36,479 nucleotides of DNA from the IMG/VR virus record IMGVR_UViG_3300018083_000021, one strand, 5' to 3'. How positions within the stretch are numbered: position 1 is the stretch's first letter; every line of letters starts with the position of its first letter. The notes beneath the pieces are model-generated. The model was not told the DNA's origin. It made no database searches and worked only from the letters and a program-made list of their open reading frames with translations. The DNA is from a virus. Of the stretch, positions 9,226 through 18,553 are shown piece by piece. A program made the translations under genes and the position numbers.

Positions 9226-10441
9226 TTGGGAATTATTTATCGGGGCTCCTACTAAAACTAAGGAATTATCTAAAAGTTCATCAGACTGGCAGATAGTGCC
9301 ATCAGCACCTAGTTCTCAACAATCACAACCCAATGAAGGACTTGGAATAGCCGCACTAAAAGCTATTCCCAGAGTTGCAGAAGATATATATCGAGGTGGC
9401 ATGGGATTTATAAAAAATATTCCAGAATATTATCAATCTGCACAAACTGAAATACCAGGAGTCTTTAGTGCTTTGAAACAACACCCCAAGCATGCTTTGA
9501 TGCAGGCTTTGGCAGGATCTCAAGAATTAATTAATAATCTTGCCCAATCCCCAAGAGGATTGGCTTCATATGCAGAAAATAGATTAAATTTACTTCCTAA
9601 AGGTTCTGAAGAATTTGTAGGTAAGCACTTGGTTCCTGAAAATACCAGTCAGGCCATTAATGAATTGTTTGGCCAACCTCAGTATGAAGGTGAAAAGTTA
9701 TTACGGGGACTGGGGCGTAATGCTCTAAATTTATATGGCGCAGGAAAACTTGCTTCAGTATTGAATCCTCTGAAACTCACTGATAAAAGTCTTGTAAAAG
9801 ATGTATTAAAAACGCGCGAGAAAAATATAGGTGAATATACAGGCCATTATAACAAATTCTGGAAAGAAGCTGAAAACAAAGGATTTGGAGACGCGCTTTA
9901 TAATGTGGATATTGATATTCCTTCGCTTAAAAAATATTCACCAGGAAAATCTATTCAAGGCGTGATGGACTTTAATAAAAACCCAACTTTAGAAAATGCA
10001 CATACGGCAAAAAGTGATTTATTGAGGCTCCAAAGGGAATTAAATAAGAAAACCACATTAAATACAGCAGAGCGAAATCAAAAGATGGCAGTAGATAGTG
10101 CTATTGATAGTATTAAGAATAATATGTTTAAGAATGAAAAAGGCCAGATTGATCCAAAAATGCTTGAAAAATATGAAGCAATCCAAAAAGGTTATGCAAA
10201 TGAAGTAATTCCGTATAAGAATAAAGCCATTAATGAATTCTTGCGTAATGAATCATCAGAAAAAGAGTTACTAAATTCATTATCAAAACGCGCTTTTGCA
10301 AGAAAAAGAGGCGAACATCATCCGAGAATGGTTATAAAAAATAAATTAAGGAATCACCCTTATTTGGCGAGTGCTGGGTTGTTAGGTCTTGGGGGATTGC
10401 TTTATAAAGATATTATGGGACATAAAACTCCAGAACAATAA
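9218..10441 (+). CDS. Putative internal virion / DNA-ejection protein (407 aa) with a C-terminal hydrophobic segment
   Basis: ATG 9218 is preceded by GGGAG and overlaps the upstream stop by 8 nt (ATGTCTGA). The C-terminal segment reads YLASAGLLGLGGLLY. Confidence 0.45.
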   Translation: MSDWELFIGAPTKTKELSKSSSDWQIVPSAPSSQQSQPNEGLGIAALKAIPRVAEDIYRGGMGFIKNIPEYYQSAQTEIPGVFSALKQHPKHALMQALAGSQELINNLAQSPRGLASYAENRLNLLPKGSEEFVGKHLVPENTSQAINELFGQPQYEGEKLLRGLGRNALNLYGAGKLASVLNPLKLTDKSLVKDVLKTREKNIGEYTGHYNKFWKEAENKGFGDALYNVDIDIPSLKKYSPGKSIQGVMDFNKNPTLENAHTAKSDLLRLQRELNKKTTLNTAERNQKMAVDSAIDSIKNNMFKNEKGQIDPKMLEKYEAIQKGYANEVIPYKNKAINEFLRNESSEKELLNSLSKRAFARKRGEHHPRMVIKNKLRNHPYLASAGLLGLGGLLYKDIMGHKTPEQ

Positions 10442-10641
10442 TCATTATAAGTTATCTCAATCGATAATGATAACTAGGGCGCTATAAATGATGACACTCC
10501 AACAAATAAATGTAAATACAATAGTTCCAAGTTAGTTAAGTGATTAAAATATATCTTAGTGTTCTTTATTTGTCAACCATTAAGATATTTATTAAGAAGT
10601 AATGTACAATATACCGATACTTTCACAAGGATTCGTGAAGC

Positions 10642-12234
10642 ATGACAGTGACATACAGCTTAGCCCCTGAGCCAATCTGGGTAATCATAAATAATCAAGG
10701 GACTGTTGCGGGCGGCGCAAAAATGTATACGCGCAGTTCTTTGGATAAAACTGTAGATAAGCCAGTATTTCAAGATGCAGGCGGCACTATTCCTTGGACA
10801 AATCCAATAATTTTTGATTTAAACGGTACGCAAGGACCATTCTATTGGAAATTTGATACAGCGGCTCCTGATGATCTCTACTATATCTTTGTAAATGATG
10901 CTGATGGCAATCTAATTTGGGATCAAGATGATTTCACAGGCGGAAGTGGAGGCGGAGGTGGTGGAACAGTAACAACCTATATCCCACTTACAAACTACAT
11001 TGCCAATAATCAATTTATCGACCACTGTGATGACACAACTACAACCTCTCTTACAGACCTAGTCATAGCCCCATCAAACCATAAGGGCTTTACCCCATCT
11101 TTGGTAAATCCCGTGGTTGGTGATAACGGCGTTGTAGGCTCTGATATAAGATTCTTAAAAAATAGCACAGCAAATACTGACTCAGTTAGCTTTGTAACAT
11201 TTTCTATGGCAACAGCGCCATTTACAGGAGATGTGACCCCAATTGAATATGTGCGTTATCAATGTACCACAAGCAATCCCGGGGAAACTTATAAATGCTT
11301 CCAATTTCCGATTACGCAAAAAGTTAAAAATCTTTCTAATCAGGCTATGACTTTTAAAATCTGGGCGGCAGTGACTGCAAGCACAGTTAATATACAGCCA
11401 TATTTCCGGCAGTATTTTGGTTCATCACCTACCGCGAGTACTGAGGTTCGTAATCCAATAGGTGGAGCGCTAGCATTAACTACTACGTGGACACAATATA
11501 ATGTGAATTTCACAATTGACAGTGTGGCCGCTAAAACTTTGGGAACACCAGGTGCACAAACAGATGACGACGCGCTTTATATACAATTAGAAATGCCCTT
11601 GAATACCGCTTGTGATGTTCTATTCACCAAGCCTAAATTGTATCTAGGTACAATTGACCCAAGTCTTGAGTTTGAAGACTACGACCAGATTAACTCTATA
11701 AACTCCACTCCGCGTACAGGCGATATAAAAACTAGCTTACTGTCATCAGTTCCCAGAGGCTGGGTAGCTATGAATGATGGCACTATTGGTAATGCCGGAA
11801 GTGGAGCGGATAGAGAGAATAAAGACACATTTCAATTATACAAAACTATTTGGGATGGAATATTAGATGCATGGGCACCTGTTTCAACTGGGCGTGGTGC
11901 CACAGCAGTTGCAGATTTCCTTGCCGGAAAAACACTTACATTGCCACGTTCTTTGGGTCGCGCATTGGCAGGAGCCGGAACAGGTTCTGGGCTTACTGCG
12001 CGTGTACTTGGTGAATATTTGGGTGCAGAAACCATATCAATAGCTGCAATGCCCGCGCATACACATCCCGGTAGTACCGTTGCAATCGAATCATCTTTGG
12101 GGGCTTCTGGATCATCAGTCTCAAGAATGATACCCGGAAGTACTACCGCTGTATCAGTAGCATCCCAAGGCGGTAGTGCCGCCAATGGCAATATGTCACC
12201 AACATCATTTTTCAATGTATTTATTAAACTCTAA
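10642..12234 (+). CDS. Tail fibre protein with a phage tail-collar domain
   Basis: The C-terminal motifs LPRSLGRALAGAG...GEYLGAETISIAAMPAHTHPG are typical of the tail-collar (Collar) domain. There is a poly-Gly hinge (GGSGGGGGG). A 200-bp AT-rich gap lies upstream. Confidence 0.75.
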   Translation: MTVTYSLAPEPIWVIINNQGTVAGGAKMYTRSSLDKTVDKPVFQDAGGTIPWTNPIIFDLNGTQGPFYWKFDTAAPDDLYYIFVNDADGNLIWDQDDFTGGSGGGGGGTVTTYIPLTNYIANNQFIDHCDDTTTTSLTDLVIAPSNHKGFTPSLVNPVVGDNGVVGSDIRFLKNSTANTDSVSFVTFSMATAPFTGDVTPIEYVRYQCTTSNPGETYKCFQFPITQKVKNLSNQAMTFKIWAAVTASTVNIQPYFRQYFGSSPTASTEVRNPIGGALALTTTWTQYNVNFTIDSVAAKTLGTPGAQTDDDALYIQLEMPLNTACDVLFTKPKLYLGTIDPSLEFEDYDQINSINSTPRTGDIKTSLLSSVPRGWVAMNDGTIGNAGSGADRENKDTFQLYKTIWDGILDAWAPVSTGRGATAVADFLAGKTLTLPRSLGRALAGAGTGSGLTARVLGEYLGAETISIAAMPAHTHPGSTVAIESSLGASGSSVSRMIPGSTTAVSVASQGGSAANGNMSPTSFFNVFIKL

Positions 12235-12246
12235 GGGAGTTAACCA

Positions 12247-12549
12247 ATGGCAGTACAATTAGTAATTGTTCCCGCATTAGATCCACATGCATATACTGGT
12301 CCCACTCGTGTCATGGCAGGTGTTGCCAGAACAGGAAGTGTTACTAATGACATAATGTATGGCGCAAATGGATCTGTAGAATTCGCACGCTGGTTATACG
12401 TTGGCGTGACTGGTAACGTCTCTTATCGCAAATGGGATGGTACTGATCAAACTCTGATAGGACTTGCCGCAGGTGTATGGCATCCCATATTCTCCATTAT
12501 GGTTAATAGTGCAGCCACTACTGCAACAAGTCTTGTTTGGGGAAGTTAG
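12247..12549 (+). CDS. Small tail-module protein (100 aa), possibly spike-base-like
   Basis: GGGAG lies upstream. The pattern ARWLYVGVTGNVSYRKWDGTDQTLIGLAAGVWHPIFSIMV resembles small beta-rich proteins encoded next to phage fibres. This is a weak recollection. Confidence 0.4.
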   Translation: MAVQLVIVPALDPHAYTGPTRVMAGVARTGSVTNDIMYGANGSVEFARWLYVGVTGNVSYRKWDGTDQTLIGLAAGVWHPIFSIMVNSAATTATSLVWGS

Positions 12550-12591
12550 CTAACTTCAAAGTAATATTACTCATATGAAAAGGAATTTAAA

Positions 12592-13812
12592 ATGACCACA
12601 AGTTTAGGACAAACTGTATTCTCGCCATGGCTTACCCCCGTGAGAGTCGTATCAACATCAAACATTGCTGGAACATACTATAATGGCGCAAACAATAATG
12701 GTGTAGGGGCTACATTAACTATTGCAGCATCTTCACTAACAATAGACAGTGTTGTTTTAATTGTAGGCGATAGAGTTTTACTTAAGACACAAACTAACAC
12801 TTATGAACAAGGTATTTATGTTGTTAAAAGCATTGGTGCCACAGTTGTTCTTGAGCGTGCAGCCGATCAACAATCACTTGAGCAATTAAAAGCTGGTGAA
12901 TATGTGGCCGTTGGTGCAGGTTCTGTTAATGCTGGTAACTTCTACACGCTCATTGAGCCTTTACCGCAACACATTGGCGTTGATGCGATTGTATTTAATG
13001 CCGACCCTGCTGCGGGTGCCGTAAGTTTCTCAGGTGGCGCATCAACTGCTGATGCATTGCCAGTATTTTCTGATACATCAGGGAATATCAAAGCCGCAAC
13101 CACTACTGTAACTTTAGGCCAAGCATTGTCTATAACAGGTGCGTTAACTGCGTCCGGTGCAATTACTTCGACCGCTGGAAATATCACATCAGGTTCATCA
13201 GGTGATGCTGGTACTTTCATATCTTTCCCTGCAACAGGTTCCAACGGGACATTAATTCTTGCCGCAGGTAATGCAGGTGGTGCATTCAATACCACAATCG
13301 CAAGTGGCACGATAGGCCAGTCATCTGTAATTACTATTCCAGACCCTGGTGCTGCAACTAGCAAATTCGTACTGCAAGACGGAAGTAATACCGTTCTATC
13401 TGTATTGAATCTAAAATATGGCGCAACTCCTGTGGCACAAGTCGACCCTGCGTCTTGTACAATTACAGCAGCAGCAGGTGCATCCAACGTATCAACTGTT
13501 ACCATACAATTAAAAGACGGAAGTGGCACAAACATGGCACGAATTATTCCATTTCGTGTCTATTCATCATCTGCGGCAGATGGCTTGACCCTCCAATCAG
13601 CAGCTTCTACTGGTTATTCTGTAGCATCAGGTGGTTTAAGTCTTAATAATGGTGCGGCAATTACGACTCAGATATCTTGTATGTCTAGTGCTACAGGCGG
13701 ATGTGTTCTTAGTCTTACTGATACAGCTAAGTTAACAAGTTATCTTGTTTTAGTTCTGGCAAATGGTACTAAAATCTCTGCACAATTATCTGCTGGTAGT
13801 TATGGCGCATAA
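12592..13812 (+). CDS. Tail fibre/spike protein
   Basis: The N-terminal motif VGDRVLLKTQTNTYEQGIYVV...LERAADQ...GEYVAVGAGSVNAGNFY is common at the N-termini of phage tail proteins. The rest is rich in Ala/Gly/Ser/Thr. A strong terminator follows. Confidence 0.6.
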   Translation: MTTSLGQTVFSPWLTPVRVVSTSNIAGTYYNGANNNGVGATLTIAASSLTIDSVVLIVGDRVLLKTQTNTYEQGIYVVKSIGATVVLERAADQQSLEQLKAGEYVAVGAGSVNAGNFYTLIEPLPQHIGVDAIVFNADPAAGAVSFSGGASTADALPVFSDTSGNIKAATTTVTLGQALSITGALTASGAITSTAGNITSGSSGDAGTFISFPATGSNGTLILAAGNAGGAFNTTIASGTIGQSSVITIPDPGAATSKFVLQDGSNTVLSVLNLKYGATPVAQVDPASCTITAAAGASNVSTVTIQLKDGSGTNMARIIPFRVYSSSAADGLTLQSAASTGYSVASGGLSLNNGAAITTQISCMSSATGGCVLSLTDTAKLTSYLVLVLANGTKISAQLSAGSYGA

Positions 13813-13819
13813 TTAGCTT

Positions 13820-13841
13820 AAGGGGTGAAAGCCCCTTTTTT
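13820..13841 (+). terminator. Rho-independent terminator
   Basis: AAGGGGT-GAAA-GCCCCTT forms a 7-bp stem including one G-U pair, closed by a GNRA tetraloop. A T-run (TTTTT) follows. It lies 8 nt after the stop at 13812. Confidence 0.75.
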
Positions 13842-13853
13842 AAGGACGACATA

Positions 13854-13991
13854 ATGCAAGGTGCATATGGTGGTTTAATTATAGTTCTATTCTATGGTGG
13901 AGGCGGAAACTCTCCAGAAGAATTCTTCTTAATCACAGATAATAATTTAGATATTTTAACAGACTCATTAAGTCGCATTTTAGTCGACTAA
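13854..13991 (+). CDS. Small ORF (45 aa), below the track cutoff
   Basis: The product is MQGAYGGLIIVLFYGGGGNSPEEFFLITDNNLDILTDSLSRILVD. It fills the gap between the terminator and the next fibre gene. No clear SD sequence. Confidence 0.35.
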   Translation: MQGAYGGLIIVLFYGGGGNSPEEFFLITDNNLDILTDSLSRILVD

Positions 13992-14019
13992 TTATTGAAT
14001 TACACAGGAGTGTTATCAA

Positions 14020-15927
14020 TTGGCTGGCATAAAAATAATAGATTTACCCGCAGCCCCATCGGCACAATTAACGGATGTATTTCCAGTTAGCCAAGGTGGC
14101 ACGACCTATAAAGAAACAAACTCACAGCTAATGTCACTATTCGAATCAAACATAGTGATAACTCCTTCTAATTTCAGTGGCACGTTGCCTGTTGGGAATG
14201 GTGGTACTGGTAATACTACTTTTACACCTTATTCGGTTATATGCGCAGGGACAACAGCAACAGGGGCATTTCAGAATGTTTCAGGATTGGGAGCGTTGGG
14301 TGAGGTATTAACCTCTAATGGAGCTGGGCTTTTGCCCACATGGCAAACTGCCACTGCTGTAACCCCTGCGGCATTAACAAAAGCTGACGATACGAATATA
14401 ACTTTAACACTCGGCGGCACTCCAGCCACGGCCTTATTGCAAGCAACAAGCATCACAGCAGGATGGACAGGAACATTATCTGGAACCAGAGGTGGTACTG
14501 GAGTTAATAATGGCGCAAGTACAATAACTCTAGGTGGCTCATTAACCACCTCTGGTGCATTCGCTAGCACATTCACGATGACAGGAATTACAGGTGTCAC
14601 ATTTCCAACGAGTGGGACTTTGGCTACTACTGCTCAGATTCCATCGGGTGCAGCTCTTACTAAAACTGACGATACAAACGTAACATTAACTCTTGGTGGA
14701 AGTCCTACGACAGCTCTAGTAAATGCGACATCTATTACTGCTGGATGGACTGGGCAATTGGGATTAACGCGCGGTGGCACAAATGCCAGTTTAGCCGCTA
14801 GTAACGGGGGAATTATATACAGCGATGCCAGTGCTATGGCTGTATTGGCAGGGACGGCTACAGCAGGTAAAGCACTTGTTTCTGGTGCGGGTGCTGCCCC
14901 CAACTGGCTAGGATATACATTTCAGTCTGGCACTAGCCAAGGCGCAATTCTTTATGCAAATAGCGCTACTACAACTACATTTTTATCTAAAAACACTTCC
15001 GCAACTCGCTATGTGTCAAATACAGGCACCACTAATAACCCTGCATGGGCGCAAATAGACTTAACTAATGGCGTTACAGGGACATTGCCTGTTGGTAATG
15101 GCGGAACAGGGATAACAAGTTTAGGTGCAGGTGTGGCCACATGGCTTGGTACGCCATCTAGCGCTAATTTAGCGACCGCCGTTACCGATGAAACAGGTTC
15201 TGGTTCGCTAGTTTTTGCTACATCTCCAACACTTGTCACGCCATTATTGGGCACTCCAACTTCTGGAGTCTTAACCAATACAACTGGTGGTGGCGGTCTT
15301 AGAAGTTTCCAGATATTTACAACAGGAACGGCGGCTACTTATACAAAACCTGCAAATGTGACATCCATTTTAGTCGAGGTTGTAGGTGGCGGTGGTGCTG
15401 GTGGTAGCTCAACGGGTGCTGCAGGAACGGTATCTTGTGGTGGCGGCGGTGGAGGCGGTGGATACGCCAGATTGTATATTGCTAGTGCAAGTAGTACATA
15501 TACTTACACCGTGGGTGCCGGAGGAACGGCCGGATCTTCTGGAAATAATCCCGGGAATGCCGGAGGAACTACTACTTTTAGTGCTTCTTCATTACAAGCC
15601 ACAGGTGGAGCAGGTGGTGGTGGGATGGCTGCACCTGTGGCCACAACCGCTGTAAATACAGGTGGTGGTGCTGGCGGGGTTGGGTCTAATGGAGATTTGA
15701 ATATTAAAGGCTCAGGAGGTACTCAAGGCTTCTCAGTATTAGGGGCTACCAATGGTAATGCAGTGCCCGGAAATGGCGGAGATTCATATTATGGTGGAGG
15801 CGCAACTGGCGCAACTCAGGTAGGCGGAAATTATGGTGGCGGTGGCTCTGGTGCTGTGTCTTCAACTGTTAGCGCTGTAGGTGGCGTGGGCGCTGGTGGA
15901 TTGATCGTTGTGTGGGAATTCTCGTGA
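14020..15927 (+). CDS. Tail-fibre-like protein with internal repeats and a C-terminal glycine-rich domain
   Basis: TTG start with AGGAG 9 nt upstream. The N-terminus is shared with the 16386 ORF. A ~47-aa unit is duplicated (LTKxDDTNxTLTLGGxPxTALxxATSITAGWTG). The C-terminus reads VEVVGGGGAGG...GGGGGGGGYA...YTVGAGGTAG...GNAGGTTTF. Confidence 0.65.
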   Translation: MAGIKIIDLPAAPSAQLTDVFPVSQGGTTYKETNSQLMSLFESNIVITPSNFSGTLPVGNGGTGNTTFTPYSVICAGTTATGAFQNVSGLGALGEVLTSNGAGLLPTWQTATAVTPAALTKADDTNITLTLGGTPATALLQATSITAGWTGTLSGTRGGTGVNNGASTITLGGSLTTSGAFASTFTMTGITGVTFPTSGTLATTAQIPSGAALTKTDDTNVTLTLGGSPTTALVNATSITAGWTGQLGLTRGGTNASLAASNGGIIYSDASAMAVLAGTATAGKALVSGAGAAPNWLGYTFQSGTSQGAILYANSATTTTFLSKNTSATRYVSNTGTTNNPAWAQIDLTNGVTGTLPVGNGGTGITSLGAGVATWLGTPSSANLATAVTDETGSGSLVFATSPTLVTPLLGTPTSGVLTNTTGGGGLRSFQIFTTGTAATYTKPANVTSILVEVVGGGGAGGSSTGAAGTVSCGGGGGGGGYARLYIASASSTYTYTVGAGGTAGSSGNNPGNAGGTTTFSASSLQATGGAGGGGMAAPVATTAVNTGGGAGGVGSNGDLNIKGSGGTQGFSVLGATNGNAVPGNGGDSYYGGGATGATQVGGNYGGGGSGAVSSTVSAVGGVGAGGLIVVWEFS

Positions 15928-16382
15928 TGGATTACACTATAGACCACTATGAGACAGATAAAGAACTTATCCCTTACGTAAGGATCGTCAATCGACAGCC
16001 ATATGTGAATTATGCAATTTATCGTTTAGAAATCCCAGATTTAAGAAAAGATGATATTCTGAGCATTTCGACAGAATTTGAGTCTACACAGAATAATGGT
16101 TATGTAGTGCAGATTGCGAGCTATGTGATTTTATCACCATACGATAACTGCACTGATGGAATTATCATATCTAAACACAATGGATTTAATATCACGCATG
16201 AAATTCATCATGGTGTATCCGTGAAATTCAGACAGTTTCTGATTAAAGAAGATTTACCCGGAATAAATTATTTATGTACTATGATTTATCCGGCTAGCAT
16301 GCTTGCCAAACATAATGACTATTTAAAGATAGAACAGAATAGTGGCCATTTAGATGCAATTGTTTTTAAAAAAGGAATTTGA
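15927..16382 (+). CDS. Hypothetical protein between two fibre genes, possibly a fibre accessory or assembly factor
   Basis: ATG 15927 overlaps the upstream TGA by 1 nt. The gene looks more AT-rich than the flanking fibre genes. No motifs recognised. Confidence 0.5.
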   Translation: MDYTIDHYETDKELIPYVRIVNRQPYVNYAIYRLEIPDLRKDDILSISTEFESTQNNGYVVQIASYVILSPYDNCTDGIIISKHNGFNITHEIHHGVSVKFRQFLIKEDLPGINYLCTMIYPASMLAKHNDYLKIEQNSGHLDAIVFKKGI

Positions 16383-16385
16383 ATC

Positions 16386-17153
16386 ATGGGCGTTAAAATA
16401 AGCAATTTACCAGCCATTGTTACACCAGCGCTATCCGATGTGTTCCCTGTAGTTCAATCTGGAGTTACATACAAAGAAACATGCACGCAATTAACAACAC
16501 TTATACAAGAATCTTTTTCAGGATATTTACAAGCCCCATTGGGCATTAAAGATTCTAATGGGAATATTGTTTTAACTTTTTCATCTATATCTAGTTCGGT
16601 TAATTATTCACAGATTCAAAATAATGCCGCAGGGAGTCCGCCTCAACTGTCCGCTCTTGGAGCAGATACTGATATACCTATGAATATTAAATCAAAAGGA
16701 GCATCTCCGGTTAGGCTTGTTGGCGGGAATACAACTAGTGGTTTCCAAGTCTATAATGGAACCGCGACTCAGCATAATACATTGTTTGCATTTGCGAACA
16801 CATCCGCTGCAAGAACGGTAACTGTACCGGATATGAATGGAACTATCTATTTATCTAGCAAAGCCGACGGTACTGAGGCAGGGAATGCTATTACGGCAAG
16901 TGGTACCAGTGGAGTAATCACCACCTCATCTTTAACTACGGTAACTGGTGCGAATTATGCAATCACCTGGACTAATACATTCATTACAACATCTTCTATC
17001 ATATTGCTTAGTATAATGGGCGGAACTAATACCAAGAAAACCACCGAGATTCAAGCAACGGCCGGAAGCGGGACATCCACAATTACCATAACAAACAATA
17101 ATGCCGCCTCTTTAGATGGAACTATATTAATAGGCTATGTAGTTATACCTTAA
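16386..17153 (+). CDS. Second tail-fibre-like protein sharing the N-terminal anchor of the 14020 ORF
   Basis: Its N-terminus is MGVKISNLPAIVTPALSDVFPVVQSGVTYKETCTQL. The 14020 ORF begins MAGIKIIDLPAAPSAQLTDVFPVSQGGTTYKETNSQL. AAGGA lies upstream. Confidence 0.6.
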   Translation: MGVKISNLPAIVTPALSDVFPVVQSGVTYKETCTQLTTLIQESFSGYLQAPLGIKDSNGNIVLTFSSISSSVNYSQIQNNAAGSPPQLSALGADTDIPMNIKSKGASPVRLVGGNTTSGFQVYNGTATQHNTLFAFANTSAARTVTVPDMNGTIYLSSKADGTEAGNAITASGTSGVITTSSLTTVTGANYAITWTNTFITTSSIILLSIMGGTNTKKTTEIQATAGSGTSTITITNNNAASLDGTILIGYVVIP

Positions 17154-17386
17154 CTAATCGGCGTAATTAGTTCGTAACCACGACTTTTGCGCCTCTTCAT
17201 CATTTTATTAATATAGATTTTTGCTTCTTCTTCCGTTTGCACCGATAGGTTTTTTTTACCACCACGATTTGAATTACACCCACCCCAGCGGTAATTAAGC
17301 ACAATATTGTTAGTTCCATCTTTTTCAACTGTGATTATATAGTAACGAGACTTTTCTTGATTTAGCCATTTAAAGTTATTAAGCAT
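17150..17386 (-). CDS. Stand-alone WGR-domain protein (78 aa)
   Basis: SRYYIITVEKDG...VLNYRWGGCNSNRGGKK...TEEEAKIYINKMMKRRKSRGYELI fits the WGR pattern (KfY.i......v...WGRiG..G.....f...eeA......k...KGY). GGAG lies upstream. Confidence 0.65.
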   Translation of the reverse strand: MLNNFKWLNQEKSRYYIITVEKDGTNNIVLNYRWGGCNSNRGGKKNLSVQTEEEAKIYINKMMKRRKSRGYELITPIS

Positions 17387-17591
17387 CTTCTAATAACTCC
17401 TCAATGGCTTCTTTTGTTTCCGTTAACTCTTCTTTGTCTATGTAAAATTTAATGTCTTGTATGTCTATTTCATTTCCATCAAAGTCATAAAATCTCAAAG
17501 TGCGTACCTTTTCAACATCAAGGGATGGACATACTATTAAATTATAATCGGAGGCGCAAGCTTATTCTTAATTCTGGAATTTAGAATGATG

Positions 17592-17765
17592 CTATTCATC
17601 ATCGATTATTATTTCACCACATTCTTGTTTTAACGGATACATTTTAAAGAATTCTTCTTGCGAATAGGCTTCATCTGGAAAGAATAAAATCTTAATATCG
17701 CACTTAGAGCATCGTTTTGAATATTTTGAGTCAGAATATAGGGAATGCTCACATTGTTTTTTCAT
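17592..17765 (-). CDS. Small Cys-containing protein (57 aa)
   Basis: The start MKKQCEHS... has AAGAG about 10 nt upstream. The track start 17798 has no SD. Four Cys residues are present (C5, C20, C23, C49). Confidence 0.5.
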   Translation of the reverse strand: MKKQCEHSLYSDSKYSKRCSKCDIKILFFPDEAYSQEEFFKMYPLKQECGEIIIDDE

Positions 17766-17766
17766 A

Positions 17767-17942
17767 ATTAATACTCTTGGTAAAATTATTAAACTCATAG
17801 AAAATATTTAATACTAAATATCGGTATAAATATTAATCAAATAGTTAGTACTAATTTAATACTATTTAACCCTGATTTAGTATTTAGTAAGTTGTTGATT
17901 TTTATAGCGGTGTGCACTAAGTCTGATTATCACGATAATCAG
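17767..17942. promoter_or_regulatory. AT-rich divergent intergenic region with TTAATACT repeats and a 20-bp palindrome
   Basis: TTAATACT occurs at 17767, 17808 and 17856. The palindrome TTAGTACTAA lies at 17845-17854. An inverted repeat, CTGATTATC-AC-GATAATCAG, spans 17923-17942. Confidence 0.3.
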
Positions 17943-18033
17943 ATGCAATTATTATGCTATGGAAAATGTCTATTATATTTAATGTTAGACATGTGATATT
18001 ATGGGGTTATATTTATCTTGATTATGTAATTAA

Positions 18034-18552
18034 ATGGCCAAAATTGAAAGAAAATTAGTTTGCAATAAACATGGTATTTGCGACTTTAGTTTATCTGGAA
18101 AAATCAAACAAAGATGGAAATGTAAAAAGTGCATATATGACTCTTCATTTAAATATAGACATGGTCTTAAAGATAGGGCAATTTTATATAAGGGAGGAAA
18201 GTGTGTTAAATGTTCTTACAATAAATGCAAGCGGTCTTTGTCTTTTCATCATTTAGATCCAACTGAGAAAGATTTTAATATTGTTGCTTGCACCAGCTGG
18301 GAGAAAATGAAAGCAGAGATAGATAAGTGCATCTTGGTATGTATGAATTGTCATTTGGAAATACATGCGGAAGAAGATAAAAAAACTTTTGAATTACAGA
18401 AATATTATCTGAACAAAAAAGAAGTTTCCTTAATAAACCAAATGCTTATAAATGACAAATTATCTTTTGAACATGCGCGGGAATTGTTAGAAGAAAAAGA
18501 AGGGAAAAGGAACAAGAAAACCAATTTAAGATTGGAACTTTATGGAAATTAA
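18034..18552 (+). CDS. HNH endonuclease with N-terminal Cys-rich zinc ribbons
   Basis: The motif is SLSFHHLDPTEKDFNI...LVCMNCHLEIH (HNH). Several CxxC pairs lie N-terminal to it. The gene is free-standing on the opposite strand to the early arm. Confidence 0.8.
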   Translation: MAKIERKLVCNKHGICDFSLSGKIKQRWKCKKCIYDSSFKYRHGLKDRAILYKGGKCVKCSYNKCKRSLSFHHLDPTEKDFNIVACTSWEKMKAEIDKCILVCMNCHLEIHAEEDKKTFELQKYYLNKKEVSLINQMLINDKLSFEHARELLEEKEGKRNKKTNLRLELYGN

Positions 18553-18553
18553 T

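Noticed and set aside
12942-13535. Long antisense ORFs inside the structural genes: 197 aa here, plus 11832-12215, 14271-15278, 32627-33070 and 35765-36064.
   Set aside because: They sit opposite Gly/Ala/Thr-rich or otherwise well-supported genes, where stop codons on the antisense strand are rare. They lack SDs and overlap real genes completely.
14355-14790. The internal ~140-nt duplicated segments in the fibre gene as a possible DGR template/variable repeat pair.
   Set aside because: No reverse transcriptase is present in the genome. The differences between the copies are not adenine-specific by eye, and both copies are in frame within one gene. This is an ordinary domain duplication.
17301-17310. 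The palindrome ACAATATTGT as a possible NrdR box for the NrdR-like protein.
   Set aside because: It is a single 10-bp AT-rich palindrome inside a coding region and matches the 16-bp NrdR-box consensus only loosely. It is expected by chance in AT-rich DNA.
17379-17561. An open minus-strand frame in the 205-bp gap between the WGR gene and the 17592 ORF. The sequence reads ...RFYDFDGNEIDIQDIKFYIDKEELTETKEAIEELLEDA.
   Set aside because: It has no ATG or GTG. Only a TTG at 17498 with a weak AAGG upstream is available, which would give a 39-aa product. It may be real, but the sequence alone does not support it.
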